The position numbers and the translations under genes were made by a program. This document shows, in pieces, positions 10,628 through 21,350 of a stretch of 64,000 nucleotides of DNA; the first letter of the stretch is position 1; each line of letters starts with the position of its first letter. The notes under the pieces were generated by a model. The model searched no databases. It saw only the letters and a list, made by a program, of their open reading frames with translations, and was not told where the DNA came from. This DNA comes from Diplonema japonicum (Eukaryota; Protista; Euglenozoa: Diplonemea), in contig OZ025678.1 in the NCBI GenBank assembly GCA_964019335.1, positions 434,001 to 498,000 of the forward strand. The letters run 5' to 3'.

Positions 10628-11418
10628 TTCAAAACGACCTATTCCACGCGCTCTCTAAGCACACAAATGGTAGAAATGCAACAGAGTACGTAGCTGCCCT
10701 TCGGGTGCACGATGTCAAAGCCACCGCCGATCTTCTTAACCTGACCTCGCAAGACCTCAGCAGCCTGAAACTAACACCCCACTTAAGACAGGTGTGCAGC
10801 CGTGTCAGAAACGAGAAGGTAAGCCCCCTCGCAGGCACCCCATTGGAAGGGGTTGGACTCGTTGTGCTGGTTGTTGCTGTAGTTTTGGGATATTTCTTAC
10901 AAATGTCGTCGATGTTTGATGTAGTTGAAAGAATAGTTGCATTGATGATACTTTGCTTGTTGCTGACCCTAATGCTGTGTCGGTCTATGTATGTTTTATT
11001 TTCTGAAGAAAGCTTGGGAACCATCAAGGTCACAAGAAACGGTGACGATTCTAAATTCACGGCGAAGATCACCACGGCAACCTCCCCTACCGTTTATACA
11101 GCGTCTGGCACTGGAGATTCTGTAGGGGTGCTTTTCCATGAGGTTTTGCTGTCACCGTTTCTCAACTATATTGGGTTTGAAAGCAGGATATCTTGGTCTT
11201 CTGTTGCAGCTGTAGACGACGATACACAGAAGCATACACCATTGGTGAGCCTTTCTGTTGTGTCGCATGATTCGTGGACGACTCTGGAGCGTCTCCCCTG
11301 GATTCCCGGTGTTCGTGCTATTGAGAGAAAACTCATTATGAAGTCAGCCCCCGACGGCGCCTCCTTCATCTTAAAGAAAAATATCACCGGTCTAGTATGG
11401 ATTGAACAGGAGTCGTGA
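10624..11418 (+). CDS. Hypothetical membrane protein, possible N-terminal SAM-like domain and two TM helices
   Basis: YVAALRVHDV..TADLLNLTSQDLSSLKL is SAM-like; two hydrophobic stretches follow. Confidence 0.6.
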
Positions 11419-11885
11419 ATTGTTGTTTGTTATATTTTTTTTGAACGTTTTCAATGTATTTTTCTTTTTTTTGGAGGGGGGGGGGGGGGGGGGGGAATGA
11501 TTGGGAAGGGAAGGGATATGAAACGCATACCGGTGTACTAATTTTTTTTTTTTTTTTGTGTAGCCCCTTTAATTTTTTTTTTATACTGTACCAAAAGAAT
11601 ACTGGTACAACGAATCTGATTTCCCCCTCCTCCCCCCCTTTTTTTTGTTGCTGTTTTCAATTTTTTTTGTCTCAAATTCCTTCTCCCCGTTAGCCCCTCC
11701 CCACCAAGCCCTATAAAACAACACACGAGGGGGGGGGGGGGGGGGGGGAAGAAGATTTTAAAAAAAGATGACTGGGGAGAGAATATTTTTCCTCTGTCCT
11801 TTCGCCCCACTTCCTTTCTATAGTTTCTCTCTTGATTATAATAAGGCCCGCAAACAAACACCAAGAAGGCAAAAAAAAAAAGAAA

Positions 11886-12839
11886 ATGCAGAAAAGTCCT
11901 ATGAAGATTGCAACGGTGCAATTCGAAAACAAAAGCAACGACAAGGAGTACAACTTGGCAAAAATCGACGAGCTGACGGGAAGAGCGGCCAGAGAAGGTG
12001 CACAGGTGGCGGTCTTTCACGAATGCTCGATCACAGGCTACACCTTCGCAAGAGACCTCAACAAAGAGGAGATGGAGGCCATCGCAGAAACAATCCCCGA
12101 GGGCCCTTCCACACAGCGCCTCATGCAAATCGCAAAAAAGCACAACACGGTGGTCCTAGCAGGCCTCTTTGAAAAAGACTCCACAGGCCTGTACAAAGCT
12201 TACATTTGTGTCGATGGTGAGAAGCTCATTGCAAAATACCGAAAGCTGCATCCTTTTATAAACCCGCACCTCACACCTGGTGATAAATACTGCGTTTTCG
12301 AATTGTTTGGATGGAAGTGCGGGATTCTTATTTGCTATGACAACAACGTGGTGGAGAATGTAAGGGCAACTAAGCTACTGGGAGCTGATGTCATATTTGC
12401 TCCTCACGTTACAATGTGCACACCCTCCACCCGTCCTGGTGCAGGGTTTGTGGACCCCGAGCTTTGGCACAATAGGGAGAAGGACCCGACCTCTCTCCGG
12501 TTGGAATTTAACGGAATGAAGGGCCGTGCCTGGCTCATGAAATGGCTCCCTGCTCGTGCTTATGACAATGCTGTTTACTATGTCTTCAGCAACCCTATAG
12601 GTATGGACGCTGATCAGCTTAAGAATGGCTGCTCCATGATCATCGACCCCTTTGGGGATGTACTTGCTGAATGTACGGAACTAGGCGACAGCATCGCGGT
12701 CGCTGTGTTACGCCCTGAGCCCCTCACGCAGGCAGGCGGGCACAGGTACGTTGCTGCACGAAGGCCTGAGCTTTATAGGGATATTCTGGCCAGCCACACA
12801 CACACTCCTGAACAGAAGGTCGTGTGGATGCAGAAGTAG
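11886..12839 (+). CDS. Nitrilase / carbon-nitrogen hydrolase, bacterial-type
   Basis: Catalytic triad contexts FHEC (Glu), YRKLH (Lys), ICYDN (Cys); ARAYDN, GCSMIIDPFG, RRPELY; no introns. Confidence 0.92.
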   Translation: MQKSPMKIATVQFENKSNDKEYNLAKIDELTGRAAREGAQVAVFHECSITGYTFARDLNKEEMEAIAETIPEGPSTQRLMQIAKKHNTVVLAGLFEKDSTGLYKAYICVDGEKLIAKYRKLHPFINPHLTPGDKYCVFELFGWKCGILICYDNNVVENVRATKLLGADVIFAPHVTMCTPSTRPGAGFVDPELWHNREKDPTSLRLEFNGMKGRAWLMKWLPARAYDNAVYYVFSNPIGMDADQLKNGCSMIIDPFGDVLAECTELGDSIAVAVLRPEPLTQAGGHRYVAARRPELYRDILASHTHTPEQKVVWMQK

Positions 12840-13389
12840 AACTGTTGGGATATTGTTTTTTTTTTTTTTTTTTTGGATGCCTTTTGGATGCTCACCCAAA
12901 TCCCCGTTTGTTTTTATTGTATTTTCCTTGTTCTTCTTTATACGGTGTGATAGTGGAGAGTGTATTCTGGGGTTTCTGACGTTTGGAGCTTTTTTTTTAC
13001 GACAGAAGAGATCAAACACTAGATGAGTTGATTGTCGTTTGGCGATCTTGTCACACTGCAGGTTCCCTTCATAGACACCTTTTTATCGGTGGAATCGTTG
13101 CTAAAAACACTTTTGTCCTCTGCACCATCCTTTGAATTTTGCGTTTTTTTCCCCTCCCCTTGTTAGCAAGAGAGAAGACCATGCATGCAATGAAATGGGG
13201 AAAAAAAAGCAAAACGCGATGCAGAGAGGGGGGGGAAAAAAACCTCACTTCCGATTTCATACGATTTCTTTTTTCTTTTTCTTCCACTCGACGGGTTTGC
13301 CGGCTCTATCTCAAAATTCTTGATTTTCTTTATTTTTTTTATCTTTCTTCTTCTTCTTCCCCCAAACATATAACTTCCCCTTAAGAGGC

Positions 13390-16300
13390 ATGGAGTGGCC
13401 CGATGCGGCATATGACGAATCGTTCAAAAAGGCTCAGGAGCTGGTGGTGAAGAAGAGCCGGCCAAAAGTACTACTGATCATGGAGAACATGTGGGAAATG
13501 CTTGTCATGATGCTGCGCATGACCCGAATGGGCGCGATAATCTACACAGCAAGAAATGGACGGGACGCCTACAGGTTCTGGGCAGAGCAGAAGGAGGGTT
13601 CTGTACCCTTCGACCTAGTTATCATCGACAGGGTGATGGACTGGATAGGAGGGGTCGAGTTTGTACGCTTGGTGAAGGCACAGCATCGCACTGCCAGGGT
13701 GAGACAAATCTGCATCGTGGCCGTGGTGGAGGGCGGGACCGACGGGCTCACAGCTGTTCACAATGATGGTTTCGATCATTTTATCAAAAGGCCTTTGCAG
13801 CTCCATATGCCGACTATATCTCAACTCCTTCTCCCGCCCCACCTTCGCCTCAAGGAACGGATCACTATAATAGCCCGGCAACCTCAATACAGAGAGATCC
13901 TTAAGGTCTTCGACACTGTGGCTGAGATTAACTCTGCATTGGAACGCCAGCTTCAAATTCTCGGTGGCAACAGTGACTACGCCAAGGTTATGCAAGATCT
14001 TGTTGACAGCTTGAACGTGAAGATTGCGCAGCTCGAAGTCTCCCTCGCCGCCTTCCAGTCCAGGGAACGCAACACCGCCGCACACTCTCTTGCCGAGATC
14101 ATCCAAGAGAATAGGGAGCTCAAGAAGAAAATACTTCTCACCACCAAGATCAAGCCCAAGTTTGCGGACCTCTCTGCCATAGGTTTCAAGAAGCCCGTTT
14201 TCTACGACGTCGCAAAGGGTGAGACAGAGCCTCACGAGGAGACCCTCGAGGAAAAGGTAGCCCGCTTTGAAGACGAAATCAACGATCTGCAACAAGAGAA
14301 CGTCCTCCTCAAAGCCGACATCGACTTCCTCAGCTCCAGAGTAACATATGATCGAGCCCCCATAAAGCGGACAAAATCGTTGAAGCAAAAGATGCAACTC
14401 GCAGGAGCCGGCAACGAGCTACAACTAGAAACCCTAACTGAGCAGAACGACATAGTAAGACGGATGCTGGCAAAGGCGGAGGAATGCGCCATGGAACAAG
14501 AAGACCAACTCAGCAAACAGCAAGTTACGAACGAGCCTTCAGAAGGCGTTTCCAAGATAAGAAGATACGGAGAGGTGTCATGGTCGGGGGCAAGGGAGTC
14601 GTCCAAGATCGCCGAGATGGAGAAGGACCTATCGGTTTTCATTGAGGACAACATCCACGGACAGAGCAAAGAGGTGTTGGTCGGGCTGACACGCCCCGTC
14701 GAAAGGTACCTTGCTTTGTTCGATGGGTTGTACGTAAAGCTCATCAGCAGTCTGAGGTCATTGACACAGAAGAGAGCGGCCAACGAGTTTAACAAGCAAT
14801 TCTGGTCGCTTCTGGCAAGGTTCACGACAAAACTAGAACAGATAGAGCACAGGCTGATGTCTTTGATGCGAGATGCGTCTTCGCACTACGCAGTGATGGA
14901 TACAGGCCGTGCTCAGGGTCATAACCTTGGTCATAAGATGTCGCTGACCCCGAGCTTGGAACAAGTTGAAGCATCTGCGCAGCCGATTCAACCACAGCAA
15001 ATGAGGCCGCGCGCGAGCAGAGCGTTTAATTCATCAAAGCTTGACAGAATGGTTTCAGGCAAAGTGGCGAAGATACGGGCTGACCTGTCCGACAAACTTG
15101 AAGCGGCTACGATGCGCGAGCAAAAAGAGCACGAGCGGTGCGAGAACCTTCTCCTCGAGGCCGCGAAGTACAAGGAGCAGCTGCAGGACCGCGACAAGAC
15201 CATCGTTGAGATATTCTCGCTTCAGGAGGCCACGCTCAAGGCGGCGGAGAAGCTCACGATGGCCCAGTCCTCAGACAGCCCAAGTGGGATCCGACAAATT
15301 ATGAACATCATGACCAGGGCAAAATCAGGCCTGACACGTGTGAAGATCGACTACGTGGACCGCAAACACCCATCTGAAGATCTGACAAACCAGCAGGCGC
15401 AGCTTTGTGCGGACAAGTCTGACACAAAAAGCGAGCATTCCGTTGGGAGCAGGAATGAGGTGAGCGAGCTACTTGAGGAAGAACAGACGAGCAATCTCGG
15501 GGAAGGGGAAGATGAAAGGGGGGATATTGTGTCACGCCCCTCTTCTTGCCAATCCGCACCTCAGAATGAAACAGGAGAGGGTAAAGCGCGGTCGGCATCC
15601 GATGCAGTGCCTTGCTCGTCGCCCAGTCCAACAACTCTCGAGTTCGTTGATGCTGCCACGATGACGGACGCCATAGCGGACACGCCCATTGTGATAGCCA
15701 CCGACACTGTGCCTTCTGATGACATGTCAGGAAGCAGTAGGGTGAACTTGCGGGCATGTGATTCGATGAGAAAAAGATCAAAGTCAAAGAAAAGGTCCCG
15801 TGGTTCGCGTTTCTCCGGCTCCAGCCATTCTTTGAAGAGAACGCCCGCTCTTACGCCTGCCCCTACACCCACACCCACAGATGCTGCGTCCGCGGGCAAC
15901 GACACGTTGACACTTGTCATCCCCGACGAGACCAATGTTGTTGTGAAGAAGAAGCCGGTTTCCAACGGTAACAATGACGACTCCAGTGACAGCGATGAGA
16001 TGCCTGTCTCATCATTGGACGCCACGTCCCCCTTCACTCCCTTCACTCCCGTGTCTCCCTTGACCCCCGTGACACCTGCAGTGACCAAGTCCTCGAGGCC
16101 TATGAAGAAGAGTATCGCCTTCAGGGTGTCCAGGGGAGCGAGGAAGCACTTCGAACAGAGGCAAATCGTGACATCAAATGTGTCGCACGAGATGCCTGTG
16201 TCCAGTTTGTTTGTTCAAAGACTGATCCTGCTTGCCGAGTCGGTGTTTGGAGAGAAGTTCATCAAAACAATGTTAGAAGAGGACTGGGCTCTCAAGAAGG

Positions 16301-17190
16301 AGAGAGCACGCTTGTTGGCTGCCTTCCAACTCGAGGAAGAGTCGATGGGTTTGCCGAAGCCCGACCCCACGATGCTGATGCCCAATAGGCAAAACCATCT
16401 GGACGTGAAGCCGCTGACCATGAAGGACTTCGACCCGTCTACCTCGCTGCTGCCGCGGTTGGAGGACGTACTGAAAACAACGGGGGTTCACAGGAGGTCT
16501 AAGGTCTCGTTGTATTCGACACGTGTGCTGCCTTTGATTAGAGCATCACCAGTCCCGATGGGGGAGACAAGGGATGCACCACAAGCACACCCTGCCCCGC
16601 CTCAAATCAACACAAGCCAAGACACAGAAAGGGAGCTGAAGATGAAAACGTTCGGTTACAAACAACCGTCGATGATCGAGAACTGGGAGAAGCTGTCACA
16701 ATTGACGAAGATGAAAGATATAAGGGTGAGCGATGCAAAGGTGCCCATGAGGCCTGAAGGGCATGCCTCGGGTGTTGCGAGGGTTCCAATGCACGGCATG
16801 ACGACGTGGTTTGGTGGGCCGAAGCCTTTGAACACAAGTTCTGTCTCTTGGTTTGGGCCGGGTAAGATACCCCCCTTAGGGCCAGCTAGCCCCTTTTCGT
16901 TTGTCGGGCCAGCACCTACTATTAATCCCTTGCCTCCCACGATCACATCGCCTGTTTTTAAAGGCCCCGACAGCCCTCGTATACTCAAGTCCCCGAAGAG
17001 TCTTGGCACAAGCCTCAGCGTGCTCCGTACTGGCCTCCCACGCTTCCCTGAGATCACAGAGCTCCAAGGCCTCTCCGGACTCAAAATAGGGAATGCTGCT
17101 CATGTCCAACGGAATCAAGTAACCAACGTTATTGACACGTCCGCCATCCCACACAACCCAGCGGGGCTCAACGCTTTGACGGCAAAGTAA
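13390..17190 (+). CDS. Large protein with N-terminal response-regulator receiver (REC)-like domain, coiled coils and disordered C-terminus
   Basis: KVLLIMEN...ARNGRDA...FDLVIIDRVMDWIGGVEFVR...GFDHFIKRPL is a REC-like pattern; 1266-aa uninterrupted ORF. Confidence 0.75.
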   Translation: MEWPDAAYDESFKKAQELVVKKSRPKVLLIMENMWEMLVMMLRMTRMGAIIYTARNGRDAYRFWAEQKEGSVPFDLVIIDRVMDWIGGVEFVRLVKAQHRTARVRQICIVAVVEGGTDGLTAVHNDGFDHFIKRPLQLHMPTISQLLLPPHLRLKERITIIARQPQYREILKVFDTVAEINSALERQLQILGGNSDYAKVMQDLVDSLNVKIAQLEVSLAAFQSRERNTAAHSLAEIIQENRELKKKILLTTKIKPKFADLSAIGFKKPVFYDVAKGETEPHEETLEEKVARFEDEINDLQQENVLLKADIDFLSSRVTYDRAPIKRTKSLKQKMQLAGAGNELQLETLTEQNDIVRRMLAKAEECAMEQEDQLSKQQVTNEPSEGVSKIRRYGEVSWSGARESSKIAEMEKDLSVFIEDNIHGQSKEVLVGLTRPVERYLALFDGLYVKLISSLRSLTQKRAANEFNKQFWSLLARFTTKLEQIEHRLMSLMRDASSHYAVMDTGRAQGHNLGHKMSLTPSLEQVEASAQPIQPQQMRPRASRAFNSSKLDRMVSGKVAKIRADLSDKLEAATMREQKEHERCENLLLEAAKYKEQLQDRDKTIVEIFSLQEATLKAAEKLTMAQSSDSPSGIRQIMNIMTRAKSGLTRVKIDYVDRKHPSEDLTNQQAQLCADKSDTKSEHSVGSRNEVSELLEEEQTSNLGEGEDERGDIVSRPSSCQSAPQNETGEGKARSASDAVPCSSPSPTTLEFVDAATMTDAIADTPIVIATDTVPSDDMSGSSRVNLRACDSMRKRSKSKKRSRGSRFSGSSHSLKRTPALTPAPTPTPTDAASAGNDTLTLVIPDETNVVVKKKPVSNGNNDDSSDSDEMPVSSLDATSPFTPFTPVSPLTPVTPAVTKSSRPMKKSIAFRVSRGARKHFEQRQIVTSNVSHEMPVSSLFVQRLILLAESVFGEKFIKTMLEEDWALKKERARLLAAFQLEEESMGLPKPDPTMLMPNRQNHLDVKPLTMKDFDPSTSLLPRLEDVLKTTGVHRRSKVSLYSTRVLPLIRASPVPMGETRDAPQAHPAPPQINTSQDTERELKMKTFGYKQPSMIENWEKLSQLTKMKDIRVSDAKVPMRPEGHASGVARVPMHGMTTWFGGPKPLNTSSVSWFGPGKIPPLGPASPFSFVGPAPTINPLPPTITSPVFKGPDSPRILKSPKSLGTSLSVLRTGLPRFPEITELQGLSGLKIGNAAHVQRNQVTNVIDTSAIPHNPAGLNALTAK

Positions 17191-17397
17191 AAGGGGAGAA
17201 AATCTCCTTTCGGAGGTTTTTTTTCTTTCTTTCTTCTTCCTTCTCCTCACCCCTTATTGCTTTAGAGCATATAAAAATAGATTACCATCTATTCAGTACA
17301 AAAGGGCTCTTTTTCTTCCCTCCATATTTTCCCCCCTCCCTCTGATGTCAAAGAAAAAAGAAAGGAAAGGTGAATTAAAAAAAAAAAGGAAAGGAAA

Positions 17398-18831
17398 ATG
17401 CCAGAGAAGGTGACCGTGTTTTCCATCGGAGGATGCCCGCATTGTAGCAAGGCGAAGAAACATCTGGAGGTGTGCGGGATCGGATATGTGGAGATCTCCC
17501 TCGATGACTACCCTCAGTGCAGAAAGGGGATGTTGGAGATGGCGGGGAAGCTGAGCGTTCCGCAGATATTCGTTGGAAACAAGCATTATGGCGACGCGGA
17601 GAAGGTGGTCAGTCTGGCTAAAGACGATATAACAAAATTGGTGAACAACTCTGAGGAGGTGACAGACGAGAGGTTGAAGTTCCCGGACACACCGCCTGTC
17701 CCACCGGCGGTCGCCAGCAACCGGAAAACGGAATCGGCTGTGATCGGGGGCAAATCGCTCACATACATGGAAATCGCGAAGAACCTCGAAAACAACTTGA
17801 ACCGGTCCGAGAAGTCATCTGGGATGACAGCTTACTACAACGTGTGCACCTCAGACAGCATAAACCACTGCATGCACACGGACAAGAAGGACAAGGTCGT
17901 CGATACTCTTTTGGAACTCGGCATTGTCAAGAAGGTCCCGAAAACAACTTTCTTCCGGTTGACATCCGACTCTGCCCCGAATGTTCTGAACAGTTACAGA
18001 AAATGGACAGACCGAGTAGACCCGCCGATGACTACATTGAAGTGTTTGAAGACAATGCTCAATGAGATCAAAGGGAAGTACAAGGACGTGCAAGGGAAGA
18101 TCGACTACCTCTCTATGACCGCTGACGACAAATGGCCGGATTTCTTGGAAGCAACGTGCGAGCTGCAAGGTGTCGATGTGATCAAGATGCCGCCTGACCT
18201 GCGAAAGGCTTTCGTCATAAACTGCTACAACCTGTTCATCACGGTGGCGTTCGCAGTAGCAGGCATCCCGGAGTCGTCCTTGAAACGGCTTGCTTTTTTC
18301 GACGATGTAAAGATGAACCTTGGAGGTCTGCTGTACTCCTTCAACGATTTGGAAAACGGCATCCTTCGGGGGAATCGAAAGGCGCCTTTCCACTTATCTG
18401 TACCTTTTGCAAAAGGCGACGCGCGACAGGCGGCTGTGATGCCTGCTGATAAACGAGTTCATTTCGCTTTGAATTGCGGTGCTGCCAGCTGTCCCCCTGT
18501 CAAGCAGTTCACCAAAGATGCAATCTCTCTGGAGCTCGACATTGTCAGCGCTGCATTTTGCGAATCTGATTCAAATGTTTTGTACAATAAGAGTAAGAAC
18601 ACGCTGACGGTGTCGCAGATATTCTCTTGGTACTCAGTCGACTTTGGCAGTTCTTCGGAGCTTGTGTCATTTCTTGCCTCTGCAACTCGGGGGGAGAAAT
18701 CGGCGGTGTTGAAGACCGCCGCTTCCCCCTCCATGAAGTTCTTCCCTTATTCGTGGGACACTGACGCGTCGCAGGCCCCGGTGTACAAAGGCTCCAGAAG
18801 TACCGAAGGTTGTGGTTGTTTTATTTCTTGA
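17398..18831 (+). CDS. Glutaredoxin-DUF547 domain protein
   Basis: GCPHC, SVPQIF (glutaredoxin); KAFVINCYN, LENGILRGN, RVHFALNCGAASCP, SQIFSWYSVDFG (DUF547). Confidence 0.9.
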   Translation: MPEKVTVFSIGGCPHCSKAKKHLEVCGIGYVEISLDDYPQCRKGMLEMAGKLSVPQIFVGNKHYGDAEKVVSLAKDDITKLVNNSEEVTDERLKFPDTPPVPPAVASNRKTESAVIGGKSLTYMEIAKNLENNLNRSEKSSGMTAYYNVCTSDSINHCMHTDKKDKVVDTLLELGIVKKVPKTTFFRLTSDSAPNVLNSYRKWTDRVDPPMTTLKCLKTMLNEIKGKYKDVQGKIDYLSMTADDKWPDFLEATCELQGVDVIKMPPDLRKAFVINCYNLFITVAFAVAGIPESSLKRLAFFDDVKMNLGGLLYSFNDLENGILRGNRKAPFHLSVPFAKGDARQAAVMPADKRVHFALNCGAASCPPVKQFTKDAISLELDIVSAAFCESDSNVLYNKSKNTLTVSQIFSWYSVDFGSSSELVSFLASATRGEKSAVLKTAASPSMKFFPYSWDTDASQAPVYKGSRSTEGCGCFIS

Positions 18832-19575
18832 ACAATAATTTAAAAAAAAAAAATAAAAGAATTAAAAAAAAAAAAAATAAATAAAAAAAACCCCTTTTCC
18901 CAGATCGGAAAAAAGCGAGATTGTGATTAGAATGAAAAGAAGAAGGGGAAAAAAAGGGGCTTTAGGGCGGCCCTCTAGAACGGGGGGCTTGTCCTGTTAC
19001 TTTGAGTTTCTTCTTCTTTTTTTTTTTTATTGCTACACCCACGAACTTTTTCTGTCTTGTAGTGGGTGGTGGAAAAGAAAAAAGATAGAGAAAAAAAGGA
19101 CGATAAAAAAAACAAGAGAAGGAAAAAGAAGGGGGTGGGGAAAAAAAAAACAACAGGGGAAAATAAGGGGGGGGGGGGGGGGAACGTGTATTTTTTTACT
19201 TCAGCACAGAAGGAGGCACTATGCGTGGTAATAAACCCTGCATATGTGCTCCCTCCAAGTAAACTCGTTCTTCCTCCGTCCCTCCCTTCTTATTATTCAG
19301 AGTTTTTCTTTTCTTCTTTGAAATTGCTTCTTTCTGCCTCTCGCACTTCTTTTGCTCGACGCGAAAAAACGAAAATACTAAAAATGAGAAGTTCCCCAAA
19401 AAAAAAGAAGAAGAAACCTAATTATCCTTTTTCTCTTTCTCTCTCGGTGGGTTTGCATTGCTAGCACTTCTCCCCCCCTCTGAAGTGAATTCTTTTCGCT
19501 CTTTTCCTGGCTTCCTCCCTTTTACGAATATTGTTGTGTTATCAGCTTCCAACACCACCCACCAGACTTTTCAAG

Positions 19576-20618
19576 ATGCGTTTCTCGTCTGTGCTGCTGC
19601 TGTCGATGGGTGTGATGGCCCAGGGCCTCACTGAGGACTACATCAGGATGAACGCGAAGTCTATGTGGTCCGTGTTCAAGCAGGACTACAACAAGGTGTA
19701 CTCCCCCGCGGAGGAGGGGAGGAGGTACGCGATCTTCTACCAGAACATGCTGAAGGCGGCTGAGATGGGTTCCGAGTACGGAGCCTCCCCCTTCGCGGAC
19801 CTCACCGAGAAGGAGTTCTCCGTGTACCACAGCGCCGGCAACGCCTTCAAGAAGGCCCCCAAGCAGCCCCTGAGGAGTTATGCTGATGTCAAGGTCTCTG
19901 CTGACCCTGTGGATTGGAGGCCCAAGGTATGAGAAAGAAAAAAGATAAAAATAAGACAAAATAAAATTTAAATATTTACACTACTATTCTTTTTTTTTTT
20001 TAGGGAGCCGTGACCAACGTGAAGAACCAGGGCCAGTGCGGGTCGTGCTGGGCATTCTCGACAACCGGGAACGTGGAGGGGCAGTGGTTCCTTGCGGGGC
20101 ACACCCTGACCTCTCTGTCTGAGGAGCAGCTCGTGGCTTGCGACAAGAAGGACGACGGGTGCAACGGGGGCCTCCCTGTGGACGCGTACAAGTACATCGA
20201 GAGCGCCGGGGGTCTCGAGACGGAGGGGGACTACCCGTACACCTCGGGGACCGGGAAGGTTGAGGCCTGCAAGTTCGAGTCGACCAAGGTGGCCGTGAAG
20301 ATCTCCAGCGGGTCGGTCCTCCCCGGGCACGAGGCCTCGATGCTGACCTGGATGGCGGCGAACGGTCCCATGTCGATCGGTGTGTACGCTGGCGGCCTGA
20401 AGTGGCAGCTGTACACCGGCGGGATCATGAAGGGGTGCGAGGTGAGGCAGCCGGACCACGGTGTCCTCATCGTCGGCTACGGCACCGAGAGCAACGTCCA
20501 GTACTGGATCATCAAGAACTCCTGGGGCGCGAGCTGGGGTGAGAACGGTTACCTCCGTGTCACCTACGGGGACAACTCCTGCAACATCCAGAGCATGCCT
20601 TCCTCCTCCAAGATCTAA
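19576..20618 (+). CDS. Papain-family (C1A, cathepsin L/F-like) cysteine protease precursor
   Basis: Exons 19576-19926 and 20004-20618; signal peptide, I29 pro-domain, QGQCGSCWAFS, DHGVLIVGYG, WIIKNSWG; strong GC3 bias. Confidence 0.95.
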
Positions 20619-20820
20619 AACGGAAGATGAAAGACAAAAAAAGGGACCCCCCCCCCCCACATCCCTCACCCTTGTTTAACAACGTTTTATTTAACACCGC
20701 GTGATATGTTGCAATGAATTGTTGTGTTTCTTTTTTTTCTCGTCTTTTTTTTTTTTTTGAGTTTTTTTTTTCTCCACCCATGTTAATCTCATCCAGTCTC
20801 TCTCGCCTATTCTTCCTTAT

Positions 20821-21350
20821 ATGAGCGGTGGTTTCGTGACTGCAGCCGACGCTGGAGCGCCGGATTTCATCCAATCGACGTATGTGGACAAAGCACAACT
20901 TTACCTGAAGAAAAACACACCACAGTGACCCCTTAGACAGTGTTGAGAGCTCTGAGAACGTCACCTCGAAGAGGGACAACGCTGTTCACATTAGGTGTCA
21001 GCAGAGGAGCGGTAGGAAGTGCATCACATCCATCCAGGGCCTGCACCCTGACCTTGACAACAAGAGGCTTCTGAAGGCCTTTAAGAAACAGTTCAGTTGC
21101 AACGGGAGCATTATCAAAGATAAGGAGCTGGGTGTGTTTTGGAAGAAGGAAAAAAAAAAAAAAAAACACCCATCAGGAACGGTTCTGCAGTTGCAAGGTG
21201 ATCAACGTGATAATGCTTCAAACTTCTTGACGGTTCAAGTATGAATGAGAAAAAAAAAAAGGGGGGGGTTTTATTTTTACAAAAAAAAATTTTTTTTTTT
21301 TAAAACAGGGAATCGTCAAGAAGGGATCTCTGGTAACTCACGGTTTCTAG
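20821..21350 (+). CDS. SUI1: Translation initiation factor eIF1 (SUI1)
   Basis: Exons 20821-20879, 20926-21131, 21177-21238, 21309-21350 give VHIRCQQRSGRKCITSIQGL...KAFKKQFSCNGSII...VLQLQGDQR...THGF*. Confidence 0.95.
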
